Sequence record: LC727695.1
DNA: 64,000 bases
Strand: one strand, 5' to 3'
Within the stretch, counting starts at the first letter, position 1. Each line of letters opens with the position of its first letter. Positions 34,201 to 45,386 of this stretch are shown here, piece after piece. The position numbers and the translations under genes are program-made. The notes under the pieces are model-generated. The model was not told the origin of the DNA and searched no databases. It worked only from the letters and a program-made list of their open reading frames with translations.

Positions 34201-34551
34201 ATGAATGTTTACACTTATCAGATAGCTAAATATAAGTTAGTTATAGAGAAAGGAATAAAACCTCTAGACATAACTGTTAAATCAGGTGCGTATCAACTCG
34301 CACCTACTTGGTTAATGGTTATGGGACATAAGAAAGGAATTATATCAGATGATGAATACACTGAAGCATATCTCAGTATGTTAGAGCAATCATTGATTGA
34401 TAATCCAGAATTCTTTAAATGGTTCTTCCAATTAGAGGAAGTAGCATTAGGTTGTTATTGTCGTGCTGGTAATTTCTGTCACCGGCATTTATTAGTAGAA
34501 TGGCTTGAAACAAAAACAGAGGTCATTTACTGTGGTGAGATATCAAAGTAA
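34201..34551 (+). CDS. DUF488/YeaO-like protein, 116 aa
   Basis: LAPT motif and C-terminal LGCYC...CHRHLL typical of the DUF488 clan. Confidence 0.55.
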   Translation: MNVYTYQIAKYKLVIEKGIKPLDITVKSGAYQLAPTWLMVMGHKKGIISDDEYTEAYLSMLEQSLIDNPEFFKWFFQLEEVALGCYCRAGNFCHRHLLVEWLETKTEVIYCGEISK

Positions 34552-34574
34552 AATAAAGACCCTAAGGAACTATA

Positions 34575-34895
34575 ATGAAAACTACAGAAGATTATCGTTT
34601 AACACTTTGTCAACGTCTACGAATGTTTGATGTTGAACTATCAGAAGATCTATTACGTCGATTACCAGTGTGTACAGATGTACCCACTTTATCAGCTTGC
34701 TTTCAACAACTATTAGCTCAATACCCTAGTCAGACGTTGACAGCTAGAACTACCATTGATGATTCAGTCACCTTTGAAGTATGGTATGCTAATTTTCTAG
34801 CCAACATATTACCAATTCTTAAGAGGCATAGGTTGCCTCCATGTACTGACCAGAATTCAATACCTGTCTATCAAGGGGTATCTCGCTCAAGCTAA
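34575..34895 (+). CDS. Hypothetical protein, 106 aa
   Basis: AAGGA RBS. Confidence 0.7.
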   Translation: MKTTEDYRLTLCQRLRMFDVELSEDLLRRLPVCTDVPTLSACFQQLLAQYPSQTLTARTTIDDSVTFEVWYANFLANILPILKRHRLPPCTDQNSIPVYQGVSRSS

Positions 34896-34927
34896 TGGTA
34901 TGTTAAACAACCTTAAAGGAAATTACC

Positions 34928-35602
34928 ATGACTAAACGAGAATTGGTAGAAAAAGAATGCCTATGGATTATTGACATGTTTCTACCTGGTAGTAGTAATG
35001 TTGATATCTATAAAGAAATGTTTGCACGAATGAATGATGAGGAATTTGAGGAGTGGATTAATAAGTTAGATTCTGGTGAAGAGATGTTGGCATTATATGC
35101 TCCTAACTTATGCGCTAAGCCTAAATTAACTATTAAGCGAAATTATAAAGTTGCTAAAGCGATTGGTCATAATTTATTCCAACACATCATTTTAACTGAC
35201 CCAGGTACTGGCCAGGTATATCGAACTGCTAATAAACATTTAGTTGGTTTAATACCAATCCGTCGTCAAGTACAAATGCTTGAGAAAAAGAAAAGTATTC
35301 CAGGTTCTAGTCATGTGATTGACCAGAGGTCAGGGCAAGTAACTGGTGATTCTAAAGGATCACGTATGTCTGCACCAGAGATTCAGGTTAACGCTTCAAA
35401 AGGTCTCCGTTATTCCATGATTGAATTCATGAAACTACGTGGTGGTGACCAGAAAGCATATAATGCAATGAACCGCTCTATTATCGAAACTGGTAGTGCT
35501 TCTGTTGATTCCATCATGTCTACTTATGATACTACTGTGCAATCTAATAAAACATTTGCATGTTATCTAAAAGGCATGATGTTACAAAATAACTTGGTGT
35601 AA
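34928..35602 (+). CDS. gp149: Virion RNA polymerase beta subunit, C-terminal fragment
   Basis: RRQVQML...RSGQVTGDSKGSRMSAPEIQV corresponds to the beta C-terminal GQRFGEMEV region; KLRGGD. Confidence 0.85.
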   Translation: MTKRELVEKECLWIIDMFLPGSSNVDIYKEMFARMNDEEFEEWINKLDSGEEMLALYAPNLCAKPKLTIKRNYKVAKAIGHNLFQHIILTDPGTGQVYRTANKHLVGLIPIRRQVQMLEKKKSIPGSSHVIDQRSGQVTGDSKGSRMSAPEIQVNASKGLRYSMIEFMKLRGGDQKAYNAMNRSIIETGSASVDSIMSTYDTTVQSNKTFACYLKGMMLQNNLV

Positions 35603-35604
35603 CT

Positions 35605-36111
35605 ATGAATAATCGCCAGATTTACGAAGATATGTGTGAAGCTTTAATTGTATCTAATACTGAGTTAGTAAATGGATACAGTGCTGAAATCATTGCGGAT
35701 ATTTTGGATTTACTAAATAACTGGAGTACTAATACCCATTGGTATCACATTGCTGATAAAACAGTTATTAGGGATATCTGGAATTTATTCCGTAACAAAG
35801 GTAATCGTCTTCAACCCATCTTAAGTTTAGTTAGTCGATTTAAGATGGCTGTTACTGATTGGGATGGTGTGGTGGAATTACTAGCTAATTCTATTTATCC
35901 TTATCAACCTAATTCAACTATTGTTGACCAAGAGATGTTAGCGCGATTAATTCCACGAAAAGAATTAACTGACATTTTATACCAAAATGATTGGTTAGTT
36001 TGGATTATTTGTCAATGTTTAAATATCCGTTATATTACTAATCTAGTTGAATCTATCCCAGTTCAAGCTAAGCCATCTAAAAAGAAGGCGGTAAATAATA
36101 ATGTTTCGTAA
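35605..36111 (+). CDS. Hypothetical protein, 168 aa
   Basis: Tightly coupled to its neighbours. Confidence 0.75.
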   Translation: MNNRQIYEDMCEALIVSNTELVNGYSAEIIADILDLLNNWSTNTHWYHIADKTVIRDIWNLFRNKGNRLQPILSLVSRFKMAVTDWDGVVELLANSIYPYQPNSTIVDQEMLARLIPRKELTDILYQNDWLVWIICQCLNIRYITNLVESIPVQAKPSKKKAVNNNVS

Positions 36112-36817
36112 AATCTTAATTGATCTTGATTCACTATTAGATACACGGTTAGGGACCATTAGGTTACTAAATAAAGATGCGGCTAATAAGCTTGTTACCA
36201 ATGGTCAAGTTTATTGGCATAGGGAAATGGATGATTGGACTAAACTAACAGATGGTTTAGTAACTAATGAACAATTTGTCGAAGCTTATTCTAAACGTGG
36301 TGGCGAAAATACTGCTGATACTATCAATAGTTCTATATTCACTGGTATCATTCCATTTATTATTCAATTAATAGCTCAATCAGATTTGAATAGATTAGAC
36401 GGTATAGTTAATGCTAATTTTGAAACATGTCTTGAAGTTAATATCTGGCCATATGAATTAACACCAGATGCTCAAGATGAATTACTATACTGCTTACATA
36501 AGTACATAGGTGATCATATTCAGATCACCCTGATTAATACTCAATTAACAGACCTTACTTGTTCTAGATTAAACTCTATCTATTCGATGGCGATTATGTA
36601 TAATTTTGGAGAATGGTGTAAAACCCATGTTCTTGAATTAGGACAAGTGTTGATGCCTGACTTTACCATTATTGGTCCAAAGCTATTTGAGAAAGACGTA
36701 AGTGAATTAGCTGTTGAAGATAAACAGTTTATTATCATGGATTTCCAGCTAAAGCATAAACTTAATATCGACTTTGATTTCATCGATGCTGAATACTTTT
36801 CCATGTTTAAGCCATGA
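36101..36817 (+). CDS. Hypothetical protein with a HAD-like N-terminal motif, 238 aa
   Basis: KILIDLDSLLDTR resembles HAD motif I (DxD); other HAD motifs not confirmed. Confidence 0.45.
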   Translation: MFRKILIDLDSLLDTRLGTIRLLNKDAANKLVTNGQVYWHREMDDWTKLTDGLVTNEQFVEAYSKRGGENTADTINSSIFTGIIPFIIQLIAQSDLNRLDGIVNANFETCLEVNIWPYELTPDAQDELLYCLHKYIGDHIQITLINTQLTDLTCSRLNSIYSMAIMYNFGEWCKTHVLELGQVLMPDFTIIGPKLFEKDVSELAVEDKQFIIMDFQLKHKLNIDFDFIDAEYFSMFKP

Positions 36818-36823
36818 TACCCA

Positions 36824-36850
36824 ATAGAAAGCCCTAATAGGGCTTTCTAT
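36824..36850 (+). terminator. Stem-loop after the + strand operon
   Basis: atagaaagccct-aat-agggctttctat. Confidence 0.7.
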
Positions 36851-36918
36851 GCTGTTTTAAGCTATAATTACTACATTGGTATAGATAATATAAAAAGTGT
36901 CTTAAACGACGAAATAAA

Positions 36919-36938
36919 GCCCTCCCCGAAGGGAGGGC
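36919..36938 (-). terminator. Conserved GC hairpin after the collagen fibre gene
   Basis: gccctccc-cgaa-gggagggc. Confidence 0.75.
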
Positions 36939-36949
36939 AATATGTCGTT

Positions 36950-39900
36950 TTAAATAACAGCACCTTTGGAAACTACCCAATTAGTACCGTCCCATAGGAG
37001 AGTAAGAATTGTTTTAGTATCGCCTAGGTCATCTACTATTAATGGAGTACCATTGTTCCACTGTAGCACTGCACTAGATAGTGTTGGCATAGCTACCTTA
37101 CCAAGTAGTACAAGAACAGCCGTTACCATACGATCAACAGGTCCATTCTCTAGTGTAATGGTTTGGTTAGCAGCAGTTTGAACCCTATAGCACTGTTGGT
37201 TAGCTGGTGTTAGAGTTAAAGCTGTACCAGTGAATGTACTTGATTTCAGACTATATACATCGAATGATTTATCTAGCTTCTTCCAAGTAATATTAGTACC
37301 AGTACGGCTACGTACCCAATCACCATCAGCGGTTACATCATTATTCGGACCTTGGAATAGAGTCCATGATTTAGCCGCAGCGTTACGTAGGAATAGTTGT
37401 CCACTAGTAGCATCAGCTTGATCAACTATAATAGTTACAGGTGTCCATTTAGAACCACTAGCTGTTTTCTCACGTACATAGTTAGTGCCATTAGCGCCTT
37501 CACTAGGTACTTCGCCAATAACTGCGGCTGGTACAGCTACCCATTCACCATTTTGCATACCCATTAGAGTATCATCGGTTTGCAGAGGTGCTACATCAAC
37601 CCAGTTACCAGCTACACGACCTTGAGGCTTAGTAGCTTGTGCAGTATCGCGTACTACATCTGAAGGAATTTCTGGGAATGTAATGGTAGCCCATTCAGTT
37701 TTACCACCTGCAATACCTTTACGAACGTATTGTGCATTGACAGTTGGATTAGGTACAGCATCAATAGCAGGTGTCGGTAGTTCAATAGCCGTCCATTCAA
37801 TAGCACCATCAGCTGTTGCTTTATGACGACCATAGAAAACACCAACCTCGGCATTTGGTACTTCATCAACAGGTAGTTCAGTCCAACCGAGTTTGTACCG
37901 AACCATTTTCTTATCGACATCTTCTGGATCAACTTCACTAACTGGAACTGACATTAGTTTGTAGAATACAACCCAGTTAGCATCTTTATACCAGACAGTG
38001 CCAGTTTTGTCGATACACCAGTCGCCACGGTTACCATCGATAGAGGTGGGTGCAGTTTGACCTTCAGGTAGAATTACCCAAGAGGATCCACGTTCACCTT
38101 TCTGACCGGTTTTACCAGGTATGCCTGGAACACCTTGTTTACCTTCAGGACCTTGTGGGCCTTCCGGACCCATAGCTAGGACACCTAGGCTTTCCCAAGT
38201 AAATGTACCTTCTGTATCAATACATACGAATACTTCTACTTGTCCTTCAGTGTTGGTGTGAATGGCAATACCTTTACCTACGTTATCAGCAGATGCAGCT
38301 GGTTTACCAGCATCATCACCAACGTAAATAATTAATAGCCCACCACCTTGTTTACCTTCAGGACCCTGAGGACCTTCAACGCCCTGAATACCTTGTTCAC
38401 CATTTAAGTCAATTGGGCCGATATAGCCATCAATCTCTTGACCTTGGTAAGTATAAAGCATCGGACCATTGTCGGTCTCAACCCAATACGAATCACCAGT
38501 AGTTAATTCAGGGTTAGTATCCTTCTTAGGTAATTGGGATACGTCGGTTAGAACACCTTTAATGTTTAAACCTTCACCCGGCTTACCTTGCGGACCTGCC
38601 ATGATACCAATACTAGTCCAGCTACTGCCGTCCATGTTAACAAATACTTCGCCCGTGGACTTAACAGCGTATGCTTTCCACTGATTCTCGGTAGTTGCTG
38701 TAGGAGGGGTATCTTCGGTTGTGTCAATTGCCGCGATGATCTGGATAGGTTCACCGACGGGACCCGGCTCGCCTTGTTTACCATCTGGCCCTTGCGGACC
38801 TTCGGGGCCTTCTTCACCTTTTGGTCCACGGTGTGTACCACTATTTACCCAATTACCATCTATCTTAACAAATAAGGTAGATGTGTCTTGTGTGAAGTAA
38901 GCTGCCTGATCAGGGGCATCTGCCGGTAGGGCTGCCTCATTGGCAACAGCACCAGTAATAACTACGTTCTTACCATGTAGACTGATTAACCATTCACCCT
39001 CAGTACCAGTGAACCCATTATCCAATGCTACTTGGAAAGCCGATTTACCTTGTGCCCCTGGCTCACCAGGTAGACCTTGATCACCGTCTTCACCTTTAGG
39101 ACCTTCAGGACCCTGAGGACCACGGAATGAACCCATGGCTGTCCATGAGATATCAACAGTCGGATCTTGGCCAGTCAGTACATAAACCGTATTGGTGGAA
39201 CGTACTGAAACACCTTGGTATTGTTCTACACCAGTGGTGGTTAATAGATCGTCAGCAGTTTCAACCGCTTTAACTACTTCTAAGTTACGACCTTGCGGAC
39301 CAGGTTCACCTTGCTTACCATCGGGACCCGGATCACCTGTGTTACCTGGTTTACCTTGTGGACCCTCAGGACCTTGGAAAGTACCTAGGTCTGACCATGC
39401 ACCTTTTACAAAGATGAATAGATGCCCTGGTTTACCAGCTTCCATAGTAACTAAGTATGCTTCTGATTCTTTAGCTACAGATGGATCAGGTAAATCAGCT
39501 GGAGATGGTAGTGAATCCTTAATGGTGAATGGCATTGCTGGTTCGCCCTGAGGACCTTCAGGACCAATATCACCATCTTCACCTTTAGGACCTTCGGGGC
39601 CCTCAGGTCCACGTTCACCCTGTGGTGTAACTGGGAACCAATCATAGTCATCAATAGTTGGATTCTCTGGCGGATTATTACCTGAGATAAGCATCCACGC
39701 CCAGAGTTGATTATTCCATGAATAAGCATCACCAGGTTTATTACTTTCAGTCTTAGGTAATTCTAAGTTATTAGGCCAACGACCACGGATAACTAGACCA
39801 GTACCATCTGGACCACGAAGTGAACCTGTTTCAACCCAACGACCTTTTACAGGGGGATCTTCATTACCTAGCGGTGATTCCCATACCCATAGCCGATCTT

Positions 39901-40213
39901 CAACGAACCAAGCATCACCGACATTATGCGTATCTAATGGTTTAATATCTTGTTCGAATGTTGCTAGATCAACATTAGCGATAATATTGATAGCTGGACC
40001 AACCGGACCAGGAGGACCTTGTTCGCCATCTTTACCTGGCGCACCATCTTCACCCTTTAATCCAGGTATAGTGACAGGATCAACGAAAGTGGTATTAAGA
40101 CCCACCCCGGTAGAAACCGGGATGTGTCCATTAACTACAGAAGTGGGTTCATCAATTGATGATACCCGTTTGGGGAGTTCCCCGTTTACATAATCTTCAA
40201 ATGCAGAAGCCAT
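36950..40213 (-). CDS. gp146: Collagen-like tail fibre protein, 1087 aa
   Basis: Many Gly-X-Y runs separated by globular modules; foldon-like repeats; C-terminal beta-sandwich ending LLWDGTNW. Confidence 0.8.
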   Translation of the reverse strand: MASAFEDYVNGELPKRVSSIDEPTSVVNGHIPVSTGVGLNTTFVDPVTIPGLKGEDGAPGKDGEQGPPGPVGPAINIIANVDLATFEQDIKPLDTHNVGDAWFVEDRLWVWESPLGNEDPPVKGRWVETGSLRGPDGTGLVIRGRWPNNLELPKTESNKPGDAYSWNNQLWAWMLISGNNPPENPTIDDYDWFPVTPQGERGPEGPEGPKGEDGDIGPEGPQGEPAMPFTIKDSLPSPADLPDPSVAKESEAYLVTMEAGKPGHLFIFVKGAWSDLGTFQGPEGPQGKPGNTGDPGPDGKQGEPGPQGRNLEVVKAVETADDLLTTTGVEQYQGVSVRSTNTVYVLTGQDPTVDISWTAMGSFRGPQGPEGPKGEDGDQGLPGEPGAQGKSAFQVALDNGFTGTEGEWLISLHGKNVVITGAVANEAALPADAPDQAAYFTQDTSTLFVKIDGNWVNSGTHRGPKGEEGPEGPQGPDGKQGEPGPVGEPIQIIAAIDTTEDTPPTATTENQWKAYAVKSTGEVFVNMDGSSWTSIGIMAGPQGKPGEGLNIKGVLTDVSQLPKKDTNPELTTGDSYWVETDNGPMLYTYQGQEIDGYIGPIDLNGEQGIQGVEGPQGPEGKQGGGLLIIYVGDDAGKPAASADNVGKGIAIHTNTEGQVEVFVCIDTEGTFTWESLGVLAMGPEGPQGPEGKQGVPGIPGKTGQKGERGSSWVILPEGQTAPTSIDGNRGDWCIDKTGTVWYKDANWVVFYKLMSVPVSEVDPEDVDKKMVRYKLGWTELPVDEVPNAEVGVFYGRHKATADGAIEWTAIELPTPAIDAVPNPTVNAQYVRKGIAGGKTEWATITFPEIPSDVVRDTAQATKPQGRVAGNWVDVAPLQTDDTLMGMQNGEWVAVPAAVIGEVPSEGANGTNYVREKTASGSKWTPVTIIVDQADATSGQLFLRNAAAKSWTLFQGPNNDVTADGDWVRSRTGTNITWKKLDKSFDVYSLKSSTFTGTALTLTPANQQCYRVQTAANQTITLENGPVDRMVTAVLVLLGKVAMPTLSSAVLQWNNGTPLIVDDLGDTKTILTLLWDGTNWVVSKGAVI

Positions 40214-42582
40214 TATACTACTTCCTCAAGTTCGATTTTCATCAGTCCAGTGGTATTGGATACAGCGTTTGCTGAGTCACAGTTATACCACTTATTGCCA
40301 TCCTTGATGGTGTAGGTGTCAACTTGATTTGCATCATCCGCCTTATAAGTGAAGTTTAAGCTACCAGTAGAACCTTTAGATAGGTTACTGCAACGTAGTT
40401 TACCAGTATTGGTTACTTCAGTACCAATATCAGTTTCACGGTTCGGCCAAGCAGCCACACTTAGAGTGCGGAATACAAATCCACCTAGTACATAAGTACC
40501 ACCATTTACACTATTAGCTTCAACACCAGCTAAACCTTTTAGAACCACACTGTTAAAATCGTAGGTTCCTTTAGGATCATCGTCATGTACTAGTAATGCA
40601 CGTGTCCATACCTTACCAGTGGCATCAGATTTCCAATCCTCAGTAGCCCACTTACCGCCAGGCGCATTCATGGCCGGAGCTGCACTTAGTTTCTGAGTAG
40701 AGGTTAAAGTAATGACATGACTTTGTACTTGGGTTCCAAAGTTACCACCTGAGCGAAGGCGAGCTGCTGGATAGGTAACCGTTGCAGTAGGAGCCGCATT
40801 TGCAATAGCTACAACAGTAGTAGCAGTAGCTATACTACCGTTAGCTGCACGTTTAGCAGTAATTAATAGGTTATTAGTGCTGTCGTTATAAGTACCTGAC
40901 TTATAAGTAACTACCTTAGCAATTTCTGCTTCATTTGCACTGGTTATAGTGAGCTGATCATTTGGTGAGGAATAAACCACACTATCAGCATTAGATACTG
41001 TATTGGCAACAGTAGCAGTTTCACCTACTTTAATAGCACTTTGACCAGACGGATAAGTTACTTGACCAATATTAACAACTGGGCGAAGATCGTTTAACTG
41101 CATGGTGTTAATTTTATCTTCGGAACCAGCATCACTGGAAGTAAACCATTCTGACCATGAACCAGTGGATTTCTGAACACGTACACGGAAACCATATGCC
41201 TTAGTAGTATTACCACGGTCAGCTACGTAAAGACCAGTAACCTCTAGTTCTTTAGTAGGTGCAACAGTACCACTACTTTCTTTCAGTGCACCAAAGTCAG
41301 CAATTTCGTATGCTACTATATTTTCATCAGTAACTACTTTAATTGCAACAAGGTCATCTTCTTTAAGTTCTGTTTGACCTAACGGATAACCGCCAGTAAA
41401 TACAGCACTAGTAATATTAGCGGGAGTATCGGCTAATACCTTAGTAGTGAATTTAGCCCCATCGGCGTGTTCTACAACAATATCAGCATAACCTTCAGTA
41501 GTGGGTGCACCAAGATCAATATCGGCAGTAGCAATCCACATAGGTGGATTAACGCCAGGAGTTACAACTGCATCTATGTTATTGATTTTAACACTAGGTA
41601 CATAACTAGAATGTCCAGTTATTGCATCAACGATAACTCGAACATTACTAGTAGTTGATAGGCATGACTGTACGCTGTGCCCATCGGGGGTACGCACAAT
41701 ACTACCTACGTTCTGACTGGGGTCAGTTGCTTGTACATCTTTGACGAATACACCGCCACTAATACCTTCATTTTTAGGAAGGTTCTTAAGATCAACGGTC
41801 GTTTCATCAACGCCTTCAACAATACGGATATTACCGTCATTCTTGAATGCAATGTAATCAGTTAAACTACCAATCTGGAATTCACCATTGTCATAAATAC
41901 GAATTTCAGACTCAGGTAATTCGGGTAATGCACCTTGCGTAGTGGGCGCAGAAGCGTTCTTTAGATAAGAATAACCTTCTGCTTCCATACGACCTTGTTC
42001 CATCATACGCTGAGGTATTTTATCACCAGCAGTTAAGTCGTCTTGATTTAGACGCTTATCAAACAGGAAAGCAAAGTTATGGAAAGCAGCGTTGGATGAT
42101 AATCCACCATTCTTGCCAGTTACACGCAGTACATCTTTAACTGTGTAACCTTGTTGATTTAAGAGCGACTGGAGTAGTTCAGCAGTCATGGTTGCATGCA
42201 GTGATGTTAACCATTCCTGTTCAGTACCTTGGAAACCGTTTTCCACAGCTACTTCATATGCACTCTTACCAGCATCACCTTTAAGGGATGCTATAAACTC
42301 TTCTTCAGTACCAACGAAACCTAGATCGACTGCGATTTGATAAGAAGATTTACCTTTAAGCGAATCAAGCCATTCGGTTTCAGTTCCCTGGAAACCATTT
42401 TTAACGGCAATCTCGTACGCACTAAGACCGGGTGCTCCAGTCTGTAGTTTTGACAGCAGAAACTTATAGTTATCGACTTGACCAGCTGCATCGGTATGAA
42501 TTAATTCAATATACTCGCTATCGTTAAGAATAGCTAGATCCGGCAGTTGACTGATCTTGCCTTTGTCTGTAACATTTGCCAT
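40213..42582 (-). CDS. Tail fibre/structural protein (gp145-like), 789 aa
   Basis: Three SAYE/Q-x-AV-x-x-GF-x-GTE-x-EW/F repeats; Ig-like beta-rich C-terminal half; TAATG coupling to the collagen fibre gene. Confidence 0.7.
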   Translation of the reverse strand: MANVTDKGKISQLPDLAILNDSEYIELIHTDAAGQVDNYKFLLSKLQTGAPGLSAYEIAVKNGFQGTETEWLDSLKGKSSYQIAVDLGFVGTEEEFIASLKGDAGKSAYEVAVENGFQGTEQEWLTSLHATMTAELLQSLLNQQGYTVKDVLRVTGKNGGLSSNAAFHNFAFLFDKRLNQDDLTAGDKIPQRMMEQGRMEAEGYSYLKNASAPTTQGALPELPESEIRIYDNGEFQIGSLTDYIAFKNDGNIRIVEGVDETTVDLKNLPKNEGISGGVFVKDVQATDPSQNVGSIVRTPDGHSVQSCLSTTSNVRVIVDAITGHSSYVPSVKINNIDAVVTPGVNPPMWIATADIDLGAPTTEGYADIVVEHADGAKFTTKVLADTPANITSAVFTGGYPLGQTELKEDDLVAIKVVTDENIVAYEIADFGALKESSGTVAPTKELEVTGLYVADRGNTTKAYGFRVRVQKSTGSWSEWFTSSDAGSEDKINTMQLNDLRPVVNIGQVTYPSGQSAIKVGETATVANTVSNADSVVYSSPNDQLTITSANEAEIAKVVTYKSGTYNDSTNNLLITAKRAANGSIATATTVVAIANAAPTATVTYPAARLRSGGNFGTQVQSHVITLTSTQKLSAAPAMNAPGGKWATEDWKSDATGKVWTRALLVHDDDPKGTYDFNSVVLKGLAGVEANSVNGGTYVLGGFVFRTLSVAAWPNRETDIGTEVTNTGKLRCSNLSKGSTGSLNFTYKADDANQVDTYTIKDGNKWYNCDSANAVSNTTGLMKIELEEVV

Positions 42583-42684
42583 TTTTATTTCCTTGCTGTA
42601 TAAGAAACACTAACATGTTAGTCTTTCGAAGAAGACTCATACAGTAATGTACTATTGCTAATGAGTAATATTTTAACAACATAA

Positions 42685-42704
42685 GAGAGTCCCGAAGGAC
42701 TCTC
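42685..42704. terminator. Stem-loop downstream of the endolysin
   Basis: gagagtcc-cgaa-ggactctc. Confidence 0.7.
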
Positions 42705-42787
42705 AAAAAGTTACATTGGCACAAGATGTGGTTTATCATGAGGGGAAGTTTCACATGATACCATAGACTCCATTCTATTGCTACATC

Positions 42788-43609
<822 letters not shown>

Positions 43610-43631
43610 TTAGGTTCATTGAGGGTATTAC

Positions 43632-44165
43632 TTAACTTTCTAGATAACGGATTTGACCATTTTCTAGATAACGTGCTGCACCATTCTCTAATAGTCGGAT
43701 AGTATCTGACGTATCATCAATACGTTGGATTAGTATATTACATTCACCATAGTAAGCATAGCTACTCGACATAGCTACTATCGTGTATGGAACAACATCC
43801 GTAGTTGCATTGATTGGTGTTGTATCAAATGAAACATCATCTGGACCAAGCTTCCAACCTCGTGAACGGTTAATTTCTTCAGCAATTGCTTTAGGTGTTA
43901 AAGTACCAACTATCTTAAGGATAGATCCTTCACCAATAGCACGTGGATCAGCAAAATCTAACCGACGGTAAGTTAACATGTACTTAATGTCAGTAGTGAT
44001 GTCGATCATTTCAATAAATGTACGTCCAGGCTCAATCGTGGTTGGACTAAAAAACATATCTTCAAATGTAACTGTTTCTGGTTTGAAGTTTATTTTTAAA
44101 TCATCCCGCGCAAGTTTTACTAGCGCATTCCTCGATGCCATGTCATACGGAAAGATATCCTGCAT
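43632..44165 (-). CDS. Structural paralogue-family protein (gp143-like), 177 aa
   Basis: LTYRRLDF motif shared with the ORFs at 61715, 62596 and 26458. Confidence 0.65.
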   Translation of the reverse strand: MQDIFPYDMASRNALVKLARDDLKINFKPETVTFEDMFFSPTTIEPGRTFIEMIDITTDIKYMLTYRRLDFADPRAIGEGSILKIVGTLTPKAIAEEINRSRGWKLGPDDVSFDTTPINATTDVVPYTIVAMSSSYAYYGECNILIQRIDDTSDTIRLLENGAARYLENGQIRYLES

Positions 44166-44212
44166 GTCAAACCTCTATAGTGGTAAAATGTTTAATCCAC
44201 ATAGCATTATAA

Positions 44213-44237
44213 AGCCTTCCTCTTGAAGAGGAAGGCT
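44213..44237. terminator. Stem-loop after the holin-like gene
   Basis: agccttcctc-ttgaa-gaggaaggct. Confidence 0.7.
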
Positions 44238-44247
44238 ATTATAGTTT

Positions 44248-44643
44248 TTATTGCATAAGCATCTTTATTAATTCAAAGGTACCTTGCACAATAGTCTTTA
44301 ACACATTGGCACTTTCTTCTGACATAGGTGCACCAGATAAAACTACCATAGTAGATACTGATGCCCCAATAAGAGTAACGCCACCAGCTAATACCAATAC
44401 CGCATTACGGTAAGAATCTTTAGCCTTCACTTCAGCAATTTCCCGGCTGAGAATTTTATATTGAAGATCTGAATCGGTAATAGCATAAATTAGACTAAGT
44501 ACTTCCTCACCAGTTATACTTAGATTTATACGTTGTTCCTTTTCCAATACACTATTCAAATAGGTACGTATCTTCTTTCCATAGTCTTTAGAAGAAGATA
44601 AAGGATTACCATCGATCTCAATCAGAACGTCCTCTAGGGTCAT
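44248..44643 (-). CDS. Candidate holin / membrane protein, 131 aa
   Basis: Start MTLEDV at 44643 with GGAG RBS; hydrophobic AVLVLAGGVTLIGASVSTMVVLSG; lies between the spanins and the endolysin. Confidence 0.5.
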   Translation of the reverse strand: MTLEDVLIEIDGNPLSSSKDYGKKIRTYLNSVLEKEQRINLSITGEEVLSLIYAITDSDLQYKILSREIAEVKAKDSYRNAVLVLAGGVTLIGASVSTMVVLSGAPMSEESANVLKTIVQGTFELIKMLMQ

Positions 44644-44980
44644 GACTATTCTCCAAATTACGTTGACGTTCGTTCCATTCACGCAATTTGTCTACTTGGA
44701 TATTACATAGTCCAAGTGCATCAGTTTGTAAAAGCCAATGTTCGGTCATAAGTAAGAAACGTGCTTCATTCTCATCAGTAACCCCAACAGCTTTATATCT
44801 ATCTAATGCATTGATGATCTCATTAGCTGTAGGTGGGGCTTCCACATCGCAAGGGAGAAGTAAACTACTTGGGATTGCAACTGGTATTTTCACGGGAGGC
44901 GGCACAGTAGTGCTCGTACATCCGTTTAGCAATAGCATTAATAGACTTATTAATGTTATCTTTTTTTGTGTCAGTTTCAT
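44618..44980 (-). CDS. o-spanin (Rz1-like outer-membrane lipoprotein), 120 aa
   Basis: Internal ATG at 44980: MKLTQKKITLISLLMLLLNG-C; PPPVKIP, LLLPC and LGLCN; overlaps the i-spanin 3-prime end. Confidence 0.8.
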   Translation of the reverse strand: MKLTQKKITLISLLMLLLNGCTSTTVPPPVKIPVAIPSSLLLPCDVEAPPTANEIINALDRYKAVGVTDENEARFLLMTEHWLLQTDALGLCNIQVDKLREWNERQRNLENSHDPRGRSD

Positions 44981-45371
44981 GTTTAATCTCAGTAGTGGTG
45001 CTTTCCCCATTAGTTGTTTTAGCTTTAACCTCAGGCCATACAGGTGGAGTATATCCACGACCTGATAAACTAATGTACTCATCAATCACCTCAGTGCGTG
45101 ATTGCGCCTGCTCTTTTTGTATCTCTTTCTTTTTAGTAATTAGTTCAGCTTGAATTTTATCGGAGATACGATCTGATTCAATCCTAACCTTTTCTGCCGC
45201 TTCATAAGATTTAATTTTTCCAATTAAATCTGTAGAGCGAACAAGTTCCGTCTCATAACTATTTTTGTAATATATGATACCAATTAAGGCACCTATCAGA
45301 ATAACTAATAGTAACCATATATGCAATGGCACGCTACCAATTATTTTTCGTATACCTGCTAATAGGAACAT
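44865..45371 (-). CDS. i-spanin (Rz-like), 168 aa
   Basis: N-terminal transmembrane segment IWLLLVILIGALIGIIYY, periplasmic coiled coil, two C-terminal Cys. Confidence 0.75.
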   Translation of the reverse strand: MFLLAGIRKIIGSVPLHIWLLLVILIGALIGIIYYKNSYETELVRSTDLIGKIKSYEAAEKVRIESDRISDKIQAELITKKKEIQKEQAQSRTEVIDEYISLSGRGYTPPVWPEVKAKTTNGESTTTEIKHETDTKKDNINKSINAIAKRMYEHYCAASRENTSCNPK

Positions 45372-45386
45372 TGTTACCTCGAATTG

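Noticed and set aside
42711-42773. 20-codon - strand ORF (MESMVSCETSPHDKPHLVPM) between the endolysin and its terminator
   Set aside because: No well-spaced RBS and no recognisable features; more likely 3-prime UTR.
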